Shown here one piece after another: positions 18,691-26,940 of a DNA stretch of 32,000 nucleotides. Source of the stretch: Ignicoccus islandicus DSM 13165 (GTDB taxonomy: Archaea; Thermoproteota; Thermoprotei_A; Sulfolobales; Ignicoccaceae). The stretch is from positions 750,001 through 782,000 of the forward strand of contig NZ_CP006867.1 of NCBI RefSeq assembly GCF_001481685.1, written 5' to 3'. The notes beneath the pieces are model-generated. The model searched no databases. It had not been told where the DNA came from and was given only the letters and a program-made list of their open reading frames with translations. Each line of letters begins with the position of its first letter. The first letter of the stretch is position 1. The position numbers and the translations under genes are program-made.

Positions 18691-19422
18691 CTAGAAGCTG
18701 TACTCTTCGTTTGGGAACTCTCCCTTCTTTACTTCCTCGACGTACTTCCTCACGGCTTCCGTTATAGCTTTTGAGCAATCGAAATAGACCTTGGCGAAAG
18801 GAGGTCTAATTTCACTTAGGCCTAATATGTCGTGAATCACAAGCACTTGTCCGGAACAGTGAGGACCGGCTCCTATGCATATAGTTGGGACGTTCACCTT
18901 CTCTGTTATTTCCTTTGCCACTTCCTTCTTGACGAACTCTATCACTATTGAATAAACGCCGGCTTCCTCCAGCGCTTTAGCGTCTTCGATAAGTTCCTTT
19001 GCCTCTTGGGGCGTCTTACCCCTTAAGCGGTAGCCGCCTAGCAGGTGTCTCTTTTGTGGGGTTAGGCCTAAGTGACCCATTACGGGAATACCGGCTTTAA
19101 CTATTCCGCGCACAACGTCGGTCATCTCGCTACCGCCCTCTATTTTAACTGACTCGGCGCCAACTCTGACCATTTCTATAGCGTTCCTCACGGCCTCGTT
19201 GACGGAGTACTCGTAAGAACCAAATGGCATATCGCCTACTATCATTGCTCTAGGCCTCGCTCTCGCTACGGCAGCTACGTGAATCAGCATCTCCTCAAAG
19301 CTCAGTTGGTTCGTTGAAGGATAACCTAATACCACCATAGCCAGCGAATCGCCGACTAATATCATATCTACACCAGCTTTATCAACCAGTTTGGCGGTAG
19401 GGTAATCGTAAGCGGTGACCAT
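18691..19422 (-). CDS. panB: 3-methyl-2-oxobutanoate hydroxymethyltransferase; conserved N-terminus extends upstream to ~19490
   Basis: MVTAYDYPTAKLVDKAGVDMILVGDSLAMVVLGYPSTNQLSFEEM, VKIEGG, GLTPQ, IGAGPHCSGQVLVIHDILG. Confidence 0.95.
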   Translation of the reverse strand: MVTAYDYPTAKLVDKAGVDMILVGDSLAMVVLGYPSTNQLSFEEMLIHVAAVARARPRAMIVGDMPFGSYEYSVNEAVRNAIEMVRVGAESVKIEGGSEMTDVVRGIVKAGIPVMGHLGLTPQKRHLLGGYRLRGKTPQEAKELIEDAKALEEAGVYSIVIEFVKKEVAKEITEKVNVPTICIGAGPHCSGQVLVIHDILGLSEIRPPFAKVYFDCSKAITEAVRKYVEEVKKGEFPNEEYSF

Positions 19423-19556
19423 GGCAATGCGTTCTCCTTTCTCGTACTTCTTTAATATGGTCCTTAGCGTAACTTTCCCTTCAGTGGACGTGATTTGAAA
19501 TCCCCCGTTAACGCTTTACTATTGATTCCCATATTTACTTTGGCTTTCTATTGGTT

Positions 19557-21773
19557 TCACTCTCTCAACGTTACGAGCTGGCCTAGCGATATTCCGCCAT
19601 CGCCCGGAGGCACGCGTTTCGGTAAGAAGACCTCCTTCAGTACGTCTTTCACTCCTTCGTAGAAGGGTTGGTTGACTGCTGCACCGCCAGAAATTACCTT
19701 AGGTAGTTCCATATCTCTAATACATAGAGCAAAGTTATAACCTAAGTTGAATTGGATGGTGTAGGCGACGTCCTTAATTCTCGCCCCCCTTTCAAGTTCC
19801 ATTAGTGCTCTTAGGATCAATTCGTGTCCATCGATTAAGTTTCCCTTAACGAAGTCTTCCTTGAATAGAGGTTTCCCTCCAAACGAGGTCGCTTCCAGTA
19901 GCATTGCTGGCTCTCCTTCATACGTTCTAACCTTCGAAATACCTAGTAACACTGAAGCTGCGTCCAGGAGTCTTCCTAAAGAGGAGGAATTGGGTGACGA
20001 ATTTAGGGTCTTAAGCGTTAGTTCGAACTCGAGTTCCTTACCCGGCAACGCCTCCGATAATTCTTCAGAGAATCGGTCAAGTTCCCCTAATTCGTGAAGT
20101 ATTGAGATCGCTATTCTAGCTGGGTACTTAACTGCTCTATCTCCGCCGGGTAGCTTGTAATACCTTAAGTGGCAGAGCCTCTCGAAGCCCCTTAAGTTAC
20201 TATATATTACTTCGCCTCCCCATATAGCTCCGTCCTCTCCGTAACCGGTTCCATCTATAGCTATTCCAACTGCCTCTTCAAGCCCCAAGTCAGCCATAAC
20301 CGAATTAACGTGTGCGTGATGATGTTGTACTTCAACTACTTCCGAGCCCATTTCCTCCGCTATCGTTAAACCCAATTTCCGAGAATTATAGAGAGGGTGT
20401 TTATCCACTACTACGAAAGACGGCTCAACAGAATATTGCTCAACGAACCATCTCAGTTCTTTTTCCAAGAACTCTAAGTTCTCTAACTCGTCCGTATCAC
20501 CTATGTACTGCGTCATGACGACCTTGTTCTCAAATGAAACCGCTCCTACGTTCTGAAGCTCTGCCCCAACCGCCAATGCCTCTGGAAGGCGCCACCTTAC
20601 CTCAATCCACCTCGGTGCGTAACCTCTGGATCTCCTAAGGAACACGTAACTGTTCCCAGTCCTCCTAATTACGCTATCGTCCACGCGGTGGACTATTTCT
20701 CTGTCATGATCCAAAACGTAATCTGCTACCCCCATCTCTAAAACGCATTTCAAGTCTATGCAAGTAGGCTTCCCCGTGGGATTGGCTGACGTCATTATTG
20801 AGAACTTTTCCTTAGTTTGCATTAGTAGTAGGTAGTGAAGGCCCGTATACGCTCTCATGACGCCTATTAACTCGTGTCCGGGAGCGACCCATTCGCTAAC
20901 AGCTCCCTCCCTTTTCGGAGCCAGAATTATCGGAGCCTCTGGCGACGAGAACAGGTCCCTATCTAAGTCTTTTACTATTCCCAATGCTACCTCGTAGTTT
21001 AACGCCATCAGAGCAAAGGGCTTCCTAGGCCTGTTCTTCCTCTTTCTAAGTTCTAGAACTACTTCGTCGCTCGTTGCCTTAGCAGCTAAGTGGTACCCAC
21101 CCATGCCCTTAATCGCTAGAATGAACCCCTCCTCTAGTAGCTTCGCGGCCTCGGTGATCGGGTCGCGCACTAATACAGTTTTCCCGTCCGAATCTCTTAG
21201 GGTAACTCTGGGCCCACATCTATTACATGAAATTCCTTGAGCGTGGTACCTCCTATCCTCTATTGAGGAATACTCTCGCTCGCACTCCGGGCAGAGCGGG
21301 TACGGAGCCATGGACGTATTTTCTCGGTCATATGGTAACATTTTGATCATTGAAAACCTAGGACCACATTTCGCGCAGCTGTTCAGCGCGTAACGAAAGC
21401 GCCGAGAGAAAGGGTTCAAGATCTCTTTTAGGCAATTTTCGCAAATGGCGAAATCGGGAGGCACTTGGGACCTTTTCCCTGCTCCGCCGCTCGGGAGGAT
21501 GCGGAAATCCTCGAACCCTTTGGGGCTCGCTTCGATTACGTCCAATTGCTCTATCTCTATAGGCGGAGGAAGCTTCTTTAAGTCGTCTAGGAAGTTCTCC
21601 ACTTGGATGCCCTCTACCCATATTTCGACCGAACCACCGGAAACGTTCTTCACGTATCCCCCTAGACCGTACTTCCTTGCTAACCTGGCAACGTCCGGTC
21701 GGAACCCGACGCCTTGCACTAGTCCCTTTACCTTGATTAGATACGCCTTCTTCATTTCCTTCACTTCTCGCAA
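19557..21773 (-). CDS. hypF: Carbamoyltransferase HypF ([NiFe]-hydrogenase maturation)
   Basis: Acylphosphatase N-terminus KGLVQGVGFRPDVARLA, CxxC zinc fingers, VEVQHHHAHVNSVMADLGLEEAVGIAIDGTGYGEDGAIWGGE. Confidence 0.95.
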   Translation of the reverse strand: MREVKEMKKAYLIKVKGLVQGVGFRPDVARLARKYGLGGYVKNVSGGSVEIWVEGIQVENFLDDLKKLPPPIEIEQLDVIEASPKGFEDFRILPSGGAGKRSQVPPDFAICENCLKEILNPFSRRFRYALNSCAKCGPRFSMIKMLPYDRENTSMAPYPLCPECEREYSSIEDRRYHAQGISCNRCGPRVTLRDSDGKTVLVRDPITEAAKLLEEGFILAIKGMGGYHLAAKATSDEVVLELRKRKNRPRKPFALMALNYEVALGIVKDLDRDLFSSPEAPIILAPKREGAVSEWVAPGHELIGVMRAYTGLHYLLLMQTKEKFSIMTSANPTGKPTCIDLKCVLEMGVADYVLDHDREIVHRVDDSVIRRTGNSYVFLRRSRGYAPRWIEVRWRLPEALAVGAELQNVGAVSFENKVVMTQYIGDTDELENLEFLEKELRWFVEQYSVEPSFVVVDKHPLYNSRKLGLTIAEEMGSEVVEVQHHHAHVNSVMADLGLEEAVGIAIDGTGYGEDGAIWGGEVIYSNLRGFERLCHLRYYKLPGGDRAVKYPARIAISILHELGELDRFSEELSEALPGKELEFELTLKTLNSSPNSSSLGRLLDAASVLLGISKVRTYEGEPAMLLEATSFGGKPLFKEDFVKGNLIDGHELILRALMELERGARIKDVAYTIQFNLGYNFALCIRDMELPKVISGGAAVNQPFYEGVKDVLKEVFLPKRVPPGDGGISLGQLVTLRE

Positions 21774-21806
21774 ATAAACTTTAGTAGAAGCGAGAACTGA
21801 CGCCTA

Positions 21807-21894
21807 TGGTGCGGGGGGTGGGATTTGAACCCACGCCGGCCTACGCCAGCGGGTCTTGAGCCCGCCCCCTTCGACCAGGCTCGGGCACCCCCGC
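21807..21894 (-). tRNA. tRNA-Leu (CAA), CCA encoded
   Basis: Reverse complement GCGGGGGTGCCCGAGCCTGG...GGCGGGCTCAAGACCCGC...GTGGGTTCAAATCCCACCCCCCGC-ACCA; long variable arm; loop CTCAAGA. Confidence 0.95.
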
Positions 21895-21931
21895 TCCATG
21901 GTGTGGGGAGCCTTGTGCCTAATAAGTTTAG

Positions 21932-22555
21932 TTACATTGGTATAGCCCTTAGCACTGAGAGTATTAATATCGATGAAAACGAAGATATCGCGTACGCCTC
22001 CGCTACCTCAACCGGTCTATGTGCTTTTAGTACAACTCTCGACCAAGCCACTACTAACGCTATCGCCCCGAAGGCCACGCCCCACCATAAGCCTAGCGCC
22101 CAGCCCAACACTATCGCTGTGGTCACGGCCGTGGACACATGGACGCTCACTTTTATAAAGTAAGAAGCTATCGCAACGAAGAAAGCCGTAGTTGCGTAAA
22201 CGGCCGTAGCTATTGAAAGGTACTTAGCTCCCATTAAGCCCAGTAGGGAGGAACCAATGAAGCCGCCAGTAGAGGACAAGAGCAAGTACTTAGGCCTCTT
22301 CCATCTCTCATCGACGTTCCAATTGGTTTTTCCGCTCTTTACTCCGTGATAATGGAAAGTGAATGGGAAAATGGCTAAAGAGGCGAGCGATATGAAGGCG
22401 TAGTACGGATTACCGTCCTTCCACGCGCTTATGGGAAACAACGCCACAGCGAACGAATACGGATTAAATACGAGGGAAATCAAAGCAGCTACTACGTGCT
22501 TTAGTGCTAAGCTACTTTCCTCTATTATTAGGCCTATAAGTGAGTCGAACCTCAC
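21932..22555 (-). CDS. Membrane protein, possible PAP2-like phosphatase variant
   Basis: Multi-TM; VSVHVSTAVTTAI and AWSRVVLKAHRPVEV resemble PAP2 motif 2 and SRxxxxxHxxxD (E for D here). Confidence 0.5.
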   Translation of the reverse strand: MRFDSLIGLIIEESSLALKHVVAALISLVFNPYSFAVALFPISAWKDGNPYYAFISLASLAIFPFTFHYHGVKSGKTNWNVDERWKRPKYLLLSSTGGFIGSSLLGLMGAKYLSIATAVYATTAFFVAIASYFIKVSVHVSTAVTTAIVLGWALGLWWGVAFGAIALVVAWSRVVLKAHRPVEVAEAYAISSFSSILILSVLRAIPM

Positions 22556-22989
22556 TTCGTTTTCCCTCTTATTATCTTTGATGTCTTCAAACCGTATACG
22601 GCGTTCGATAGCTCATCGATTTCGTCGTTTGGAATGGAATTGGTGACTACCAAGGGTCCTCCTTCATCATAGAGGAAAAGCGCCAGTTCCCTATTTCTCG
22701 CATATACCCATACGTCATCAGTTAGGCCTTTGATTTGATCTACTATGTCAACGTAGTATTTCTTCATTATGTTCCTCCTGACGTTAAAGGGCGTGATCAG
22801 GGCAGCGCCGCTTTGAGAGAGAACTTCTTCCACGACTTTTTCGTTGTAATTATCCCGCGACGTTAAAATCACGAAATCGATATCGATTGCGTCTTCGGGT
22901 ATTCCTTGCGGATCGATCAATATGGTTACGTCATCGCCCCTTATCACTATTCCCTTGTTCGTTTTTATTACGTCCCACTTATTGCTCAA
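22552..22989 (-). CDS. Metallo-beta-lactamase-fold-like protein lacking the metal motif (putative pseudoenzyme)
   Basis: GIVIRGDDVTILIDPQGIPEDAIDIDFVILTSRDNYNEKVVEEV parallels '..ILIDP....D.IILTHxHxDH..' of UlaG-like hydrolases with the HxHxDH replaced. Confidence 0.45.
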   Translation of the reverse strand: MSNKWDVIKTNKGIVIRGDDVTILIDPQGIPEDAIDIDFVILTSRDNYNEKVVEEVLSQSGAALITPFNVRRNIMKKYYVDIVDQIKGLTDDVWVYARNRELALFLYDEGGPLVVTNSIPNDEIDELSNAVYGLKTSKIIRGKTK

Positions 22990-24250
22990 GAATCCTCACC
23001 CCTATTCTCTTCAATACGTCCCAGTACTCCGGCCAGCTCTTTCTGACGCATTCGGCGTTATCAATTCTGGCTCCTATATGAGCGCCTAGTATGGAAGCCA
23101 TCATTGCCACTCTATGGTCGTCCGGGCACGTTATAACACATGGCTTTAGGGAGACCGTACCCCACACCCTTATGCTACCTGCATCGTACTTGGCGCTAAC
23201 GCCGAAGCACTTGAGGGTATTTATTATTTGTTCTATTCTGTTAGACTCTTTGTATGCTAAGTGCGAAAGACCCCTAAAGACAGACTCCCCCTCAGCTAGC
23301 GCAGCTACTGCTATGAGCGGTAAGGCCAAATCAGGTTCATCTCTCAAGTTGAGCCTTACCGCCTTCGGTCTTTCGTCCATACGTACCTCAACGGAACCGC
23401 TGTAGTAATTCACTTTAGCACCAAATGCTTTCAAGTAATCCAATATCTTGTGATCACCGGGTCCCTCGCTTGGAAACGGCAAACCCTTTACAGTTATTGA
23501 GCCCTTGGTGGTTAACGCTAAAGCCATTGGAAAGGCAGCTAAAGCGTAATCGCCCGGTATTTCAAGTTCAACTGGCTTTAGATGAGATGGCTGTACGCTA
23601 CATTCGGTAAACGACTCGTTACAACTTACGGAGGCACCGAACTTTTCCATAACTTCGACCGTTAAGGCAACGTAACCTCTAGATACTAGATTCGGAGACC
23701 TAATGGAAACTCCGTTCTCGCTTTTAGTACCCGCTATTAAGGCTGAAGTAACGTGCTGACTAGTTACGCTTCCATCCACTTCAGCGATTCCTCCGGGAAG
23801 ACCCCCGAAGGATACCACCGGTAAGAGACCGTTCCGAAGACTTCTAACGTCAGCTCCCAAGGCTCTAAAAGTTTCTATTACTGGAGTCATAGGCCTCCTA
23901 CGGAGGCTCGCGTTCCCGGTGATTACGCTTCCCGTACCCCTTGGGACGAGCGTTCCAATTCCAATTGCTATTCTAGCTCCAGTTCCGGAACCCCTCAAGT
24001 TTATTACGTCTTCGGGCGTCTTTACGTCTCCACCTTTAACTGTAATTGAACCTATTTCCATGCTCACTTCAGCACCGAAAGCCTCTATTGCTTCTAGGGA
24101 GGCTTGAACGTCGTCAGCGTCTGGTAAATTAGTTATTTCGCTCTCCCCTTCTGCTAGAAGGGAAAGGAACAAGGCCCTCTGTGCCCAGCTCTTGCTTGGG
24201 GGAGCGTTCAGCTCTCCTGAAACTCTAGAGGGTTGTATTGTGACTTTCAA
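22979..24250 (-). CDS. aroA: 3-phosphoshikimate 1-carboxyvinyltransferase (EPSP synthase)
   Basis: ELNAPPSKSWAQRALFLSLLAEG, GSGTGARI, DDHRVAMMASILG. Confidence 0.96.
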   Translation of the reverse strand: MKVTIQPSRVSGELNAPPSKSWAQRALFLSLLAEGESEITNLPDADDVQASLEAIEAFGAEVSMEIGSITVKGGDVKTPEDVINLRGSGTGARIAIGIGTLVPRGTGSVITGNASLRRRPMTPVIETFRALGADVRSLRNGLLPVVSFGGLPGGIAEVDGSVTSQHVTSALIAGTKSENGVSIRSPNLVSRGYVALTVEVMEKFGASVSCNESFTECSVQPSHLKPVELEIPGDYALAAFPMALALTTKGSITVKGLPFPSEGPGDHKILDYLKAFGAKVNYYSGSVEVRMDERPKAVRLNLRDEPDLALPLIAVAALAEGESVFRGLSHLAYKESNRIEQIINTLKCFGVSAKYDAGSIRVWGTVSLKPCVITCPDDHRVAMMASILGAHIGARIDNAECVRKSWPEYWDVLKRIGVRILEQ

Positions 24251-24326
24251 GTTCTATTCGTCCCGCTAACGTATTCTTCGACGCGAAATTTAACCGTCCG
24301 TAAAGCGGTAGAGCCGATCACCGATC

Positions 24327-24983
24327 TCACCGGGATTCGGTCTTCATCCGGATAGTTACTGTGGCCGGTACTTGACCGTAGTAAGGCCTCGCTAGAACGA
24401 ACGTTACGCCGGGTTTTACGCTTATCCCATTTACGCAAGGCCCTATAGTTCCGTTAATTGGTAAGTAAACGGTAGTCGTTCCGATAACGCGGCTAGTTAC
24501 CGTTAAGTTGTATCCCAACATTGCGTTAACTTCCTTAGAGCCCTCGCAAAAAAGCTTCCCGTAACACGCTATTTCACCCAGATTCACGAAGCTCGTAACG
24601 ATGACTTCTCGCGAGCAGTCTCTAAGAGTTAAGAAAGACGTTTCAGTAACGGTACTCTCCTTGATTAGGGTTCGCGTAACAGTTCTCGTTAAGGTCTCGG
24701 TAAGGTAAACGGTTACTGTTTCTGCAGAGGTCACGGTAACTCTCTTCGTTCGCGTAATAGTTTCAGTAGAATCTATTGATAGAACTTTTACTGTTCCTAT
24801 ACCCAGAATTCCGGACAAGAGCGTGAGGAAAGCTTGGTTTGGATAGCCTAGAAAGAAGAGTACGCTAGAAGATAGCAAGGAAAGGAACGCCACGCTCTCG
24901 TAGTTGTTAGGGTTCACGAGTATTAGAGCTATAATCGTGGCTGGAACGACGTATAGCAGCCTCCCCAACTCCTCCTCGTCCAT
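24327..24983 (-). CDS. Hypothetical membrane-anchored protein with Thr/Val-rich segment
   Basis: N-terminal TM pair followed by TETITRTKRVTVTSAETVTVYLTETLTRTVTRTLIKESTVTETS, then a Cys-containing domain. Confidence 0.6.
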   Translation of the reverse strand: MDEEELGRLLYVVPATIIALILVNPNNYESVAFLSLLSSSVLFFLGYPNQAFLTLLSGILGIGTVKVLSIDSTETITRTKRVTVTSAETVTVYLTETLTRTVTRTLIKESTVTETSFLTLRDCSREVIVTSFVNLGEIACYGKLFCEGSKEVNAMLGYNLTVTSRVIGTTTVYLPINGTIGPCVNGISVKPGVTFVLARPYYGQVPATVTIRMKTESR

Positions 24984-24997
24984 CTAATCATCCGCGA

Positions 24998-25504
24998 ATG
25001 CTCTCGCTCTTGGCTTATAAATTGCAAACAACCAACGACCCTAGGCAAAAATTGAGAACGTGGGAGGTAATAGCTAAGGCTGAAGCCACTGAGCTGGAAA
25101 GTTGTCTACTGGGCCTTACGGTTAGAACAGATGGCGTTCAGAGGGTAATATTTAAGCCTTTAGCTTGTTATTTCCTTCATAGAGGCTATTTGGTTGACCC
25201 GTTTGAGACGGTCATACCACCGCATAGGGTTAAGTGCGTAAAGTGTAATGGAATAGAGTTCGGTACGTGTCCTCACTACGAGCCACCTCCATGTAAAGTC
25301 CTTGAAAAAGACTGGATCAAGGTAGTTGTGTGCAAATGCGACGGCTGGAAGAGCGTCAGGGGCCCGAGGGGCTGTTCGCCACTAGCTACTTATAGAGACC
25401 CACCTTACCCACTGATATGTAACGATGAGATCGTAGCTTGTATAGGTAACGGTGAGTGTGAAGGACGCCTTGAGAAGAGAGGCGCTTGGTACTGGTACTT
25501 CTAG
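24998..25504 (+). CDS. Hypothetical cysteine-rich protein
   Basis: 168 aa; CVKCNGIEFGTCPHYEPPPC...VVCKCDG...RGC...C...C...C; ends one base before the radical SAM ORF begins. Confidence 0.65.
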   Translation: MLSLLAYKLQTTNDPRQKLRTWEVIAKAEATELESCLLGLTVRTDGVQRVIFKPLACYFLHRGYLVDPFETVIPPHRVKCVKCNGIEFGTCPHYEPPPCKVLEKDWIKVVVCKCDGWKSVRGPRGCSPLATYRDPPYPLICNDEIVACIGNGECEGRLEKRGAWYWYF

Positions 25505-26371
25505 ATGGTGAGGGTCGTGAGGCTAGAGGTATTAAGGGAGTTCGATCCATGGAAGGATGAGTTATGTACGTGTCCTAGGAAATATAGCTTACAACCTTAC
25601 ACTGGTTGCTCCTTTTACTGCTTATACTGCTACGCTACTTCTTATATAGGGAGAAAACCATCTATACCCAAAAAGAACTTTGTCCAGAGGTTAGAGAGAG
25701 ACTTAAGGAAAGCCGACAAGGGAAAGGTAGTAAATCTCTCTACATCTTCCGATCCATACCCATGGATTGAATCGAGACTTAGGTTAACGAGGAAGGCTTT
25801 AGAATTACTATTGTCTCGAGGTTTCAAAGTTTTGATCACAACTAAGAGCCACCTAGTGACTAACGATATAGATCTACTCAAAGGTAAGAAGGCGGCCGTT
25901 ATGATTACTGTTACGACCTTGCGTGAGGACGTTGCAAGGAAACTGGAACCCGGCGCACCAGCGCCTAGCTTGAGGTTGAGAGCGATAAGGGAGCTTTCCG
26001 AAGAAGGAATCCCGGTAGGAGTACGTATAGATCCAATAATACCTTCAGTAAACGACGATGAAGACGAAATTAAGGAGCTAGTAGAGGCAGTCGCTTCAAT
26101 GGGCGCGCGCCACGTTACCACCTCAACCTATAAGGCTAGACCAGATAACTTAAAGAGAATGGTATCCGCGTTCCCAACCATTAAGGAGTTCTACTCGAGT
26201 GGTGAGAGAGTGGGTGGATACATTTACTTGAAGAGGGAAATGCGCGAGAAACTACTAAGACCAGTTTCGGAAGAAGCGAAGAGGTTGGGTCTGACGGTAG
26301 CTTACTGTAGGGAAGGGTTCCCGTTCGAAGCTCCAAGTTGCGATGGATCCCATTTGATCCCCTCCCATTAA
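25505..26371 (+). CDS. Radical SAM protein (SplB-like family)
   Basis: YTGCSFYCLYCYATSYIG (CX3CX2C), STSSDPYPWIESRLRLTRKALELL, VRIDPIIPSVND. Confidence 0.9.
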   Translation: MVRVVRLEVLREFDPWKDELCTCPRKYSLQPYTGCSFYCLYCYATSYIGRKPSIPKKNFVQRLERDLRKADKGKVVNLSTSSDPYPWIESRLRLTRKALELLLSRGFKVLITTKSHLVTNDIDLLKGKKAAVMITVTTLREDVARKLEPGAPAPSLRLRAIRELSEEGIPVGVRIDPIIPSVNDDEDEIKELVEAVASMGARHVTTSTYKARPDNLKRMVSAFPTIKEFYSSGERVGGYIYLKREMREKLLRPVSEEAKRLGLTVAYCREGFPFEAPSCDGSHLIPSH

Positions 26372-26409
26372 TTAGGACGAATTCGAAATCTCTTTTGAGT
26401 GATGTTGAT

Positions 26410-26940
26410 ATGGCAGTTAGGAAGGAAATGGTTGCAGCTGTGGTCAGCTTATTGATGGTCGGAGTACTCTCAATACTTCTATATACAGCTCCTCCCTCTT
26501 GTACTTGCGGTCCTATCCAAGTTCCAACAATTTACAATACCACTACCTTGACCCTATGGAAAACAGTAACTGTAACGAAGAGATGGGAAGGACCAGTATG
26601 CAATTATTGTCACGCATCCATTCCGGAAGCCGATTACAGGGTAGCTAACTTCAATGCAACTTACAAGGGATTGTTAGTTAAGCTTTCACCAGCGGAAGTA
26701 CAAGGAAAGTACGTTATGGTATTATTCGTGACTAACGTTACTAAGAAACTGCTCGCGGTTCACGTAGTGGTACCGAAAGATTGCGTGGAAGTAAGGAACC
26801 ATTCGGAGCTCCCATTCTTGAGATCTTATTGGGAGAGGAAGGTGGTTGAAGTACCTTCTCACGTAGTGATGGAGGCCAACCTAACTGAGTTCGATTGGAA
26901 CTGGGGTTACGCTATTGATTGTCCCAAGGTGATTGGATGA
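26410..26940 (+). CDS. Hypothetical membrane-anchored, probably extracytoplasmic Cys-containing protein (track ORF starts 26338)
   Basis: MAVRKEMVAAVVSLLMVGVLSILLYTAP signal-anchor, then CTCG and CNYCHA. Confidence 0.6.
   Translation: MAVRKEMVAAVVSLLMVGVLSILLYTAPPSCTCGPIQVPTIYNTTTLTLWKTVTVTKRWEGPVCNYCHASIPEADYRVANFNATYKGLLVKLSPAEVQGKYVMVLFVTNVTKKLLAVHVVVPKDCVEVRNHSELPFLRSYWERKVVEVPSHVVMEANLTEFDWNWGYAIDCPKVIG

Noticed and set aside
21445-21777. 110-aa ORF on + strand opposite hypF, plus other antisense ORFs (e.g. 4734..5078, 16028..16522, 18480..18767, 19861..20097, 23091..23405, 28437..28748, 31541..31828)
   Set aside because: They lie fully antisense to strongly homologous genes and their translations are low-complexity, Ser/Pro/Leu-rich with no recognisable motifs, typical of shadow ORFs.
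24247-24438. 63-aa minus-strand ORF between aroA and the Thr-rich gene
   Set aside because: It overlaps the Thr-rich gene in another frame, is Arg/Ser/Thr-rich with no recognisable motif, and does not look coding. The region may just be an intergenic leader.
25505-26371. Radical SAM protein as a functional spore photoproduct lyase
   Set aside because: It has the CX3CX2C motif and general SplB-like layout, but such archaeal family members are broadly annotated and no specific SPL evidence is visible. Only a family-level call is made.
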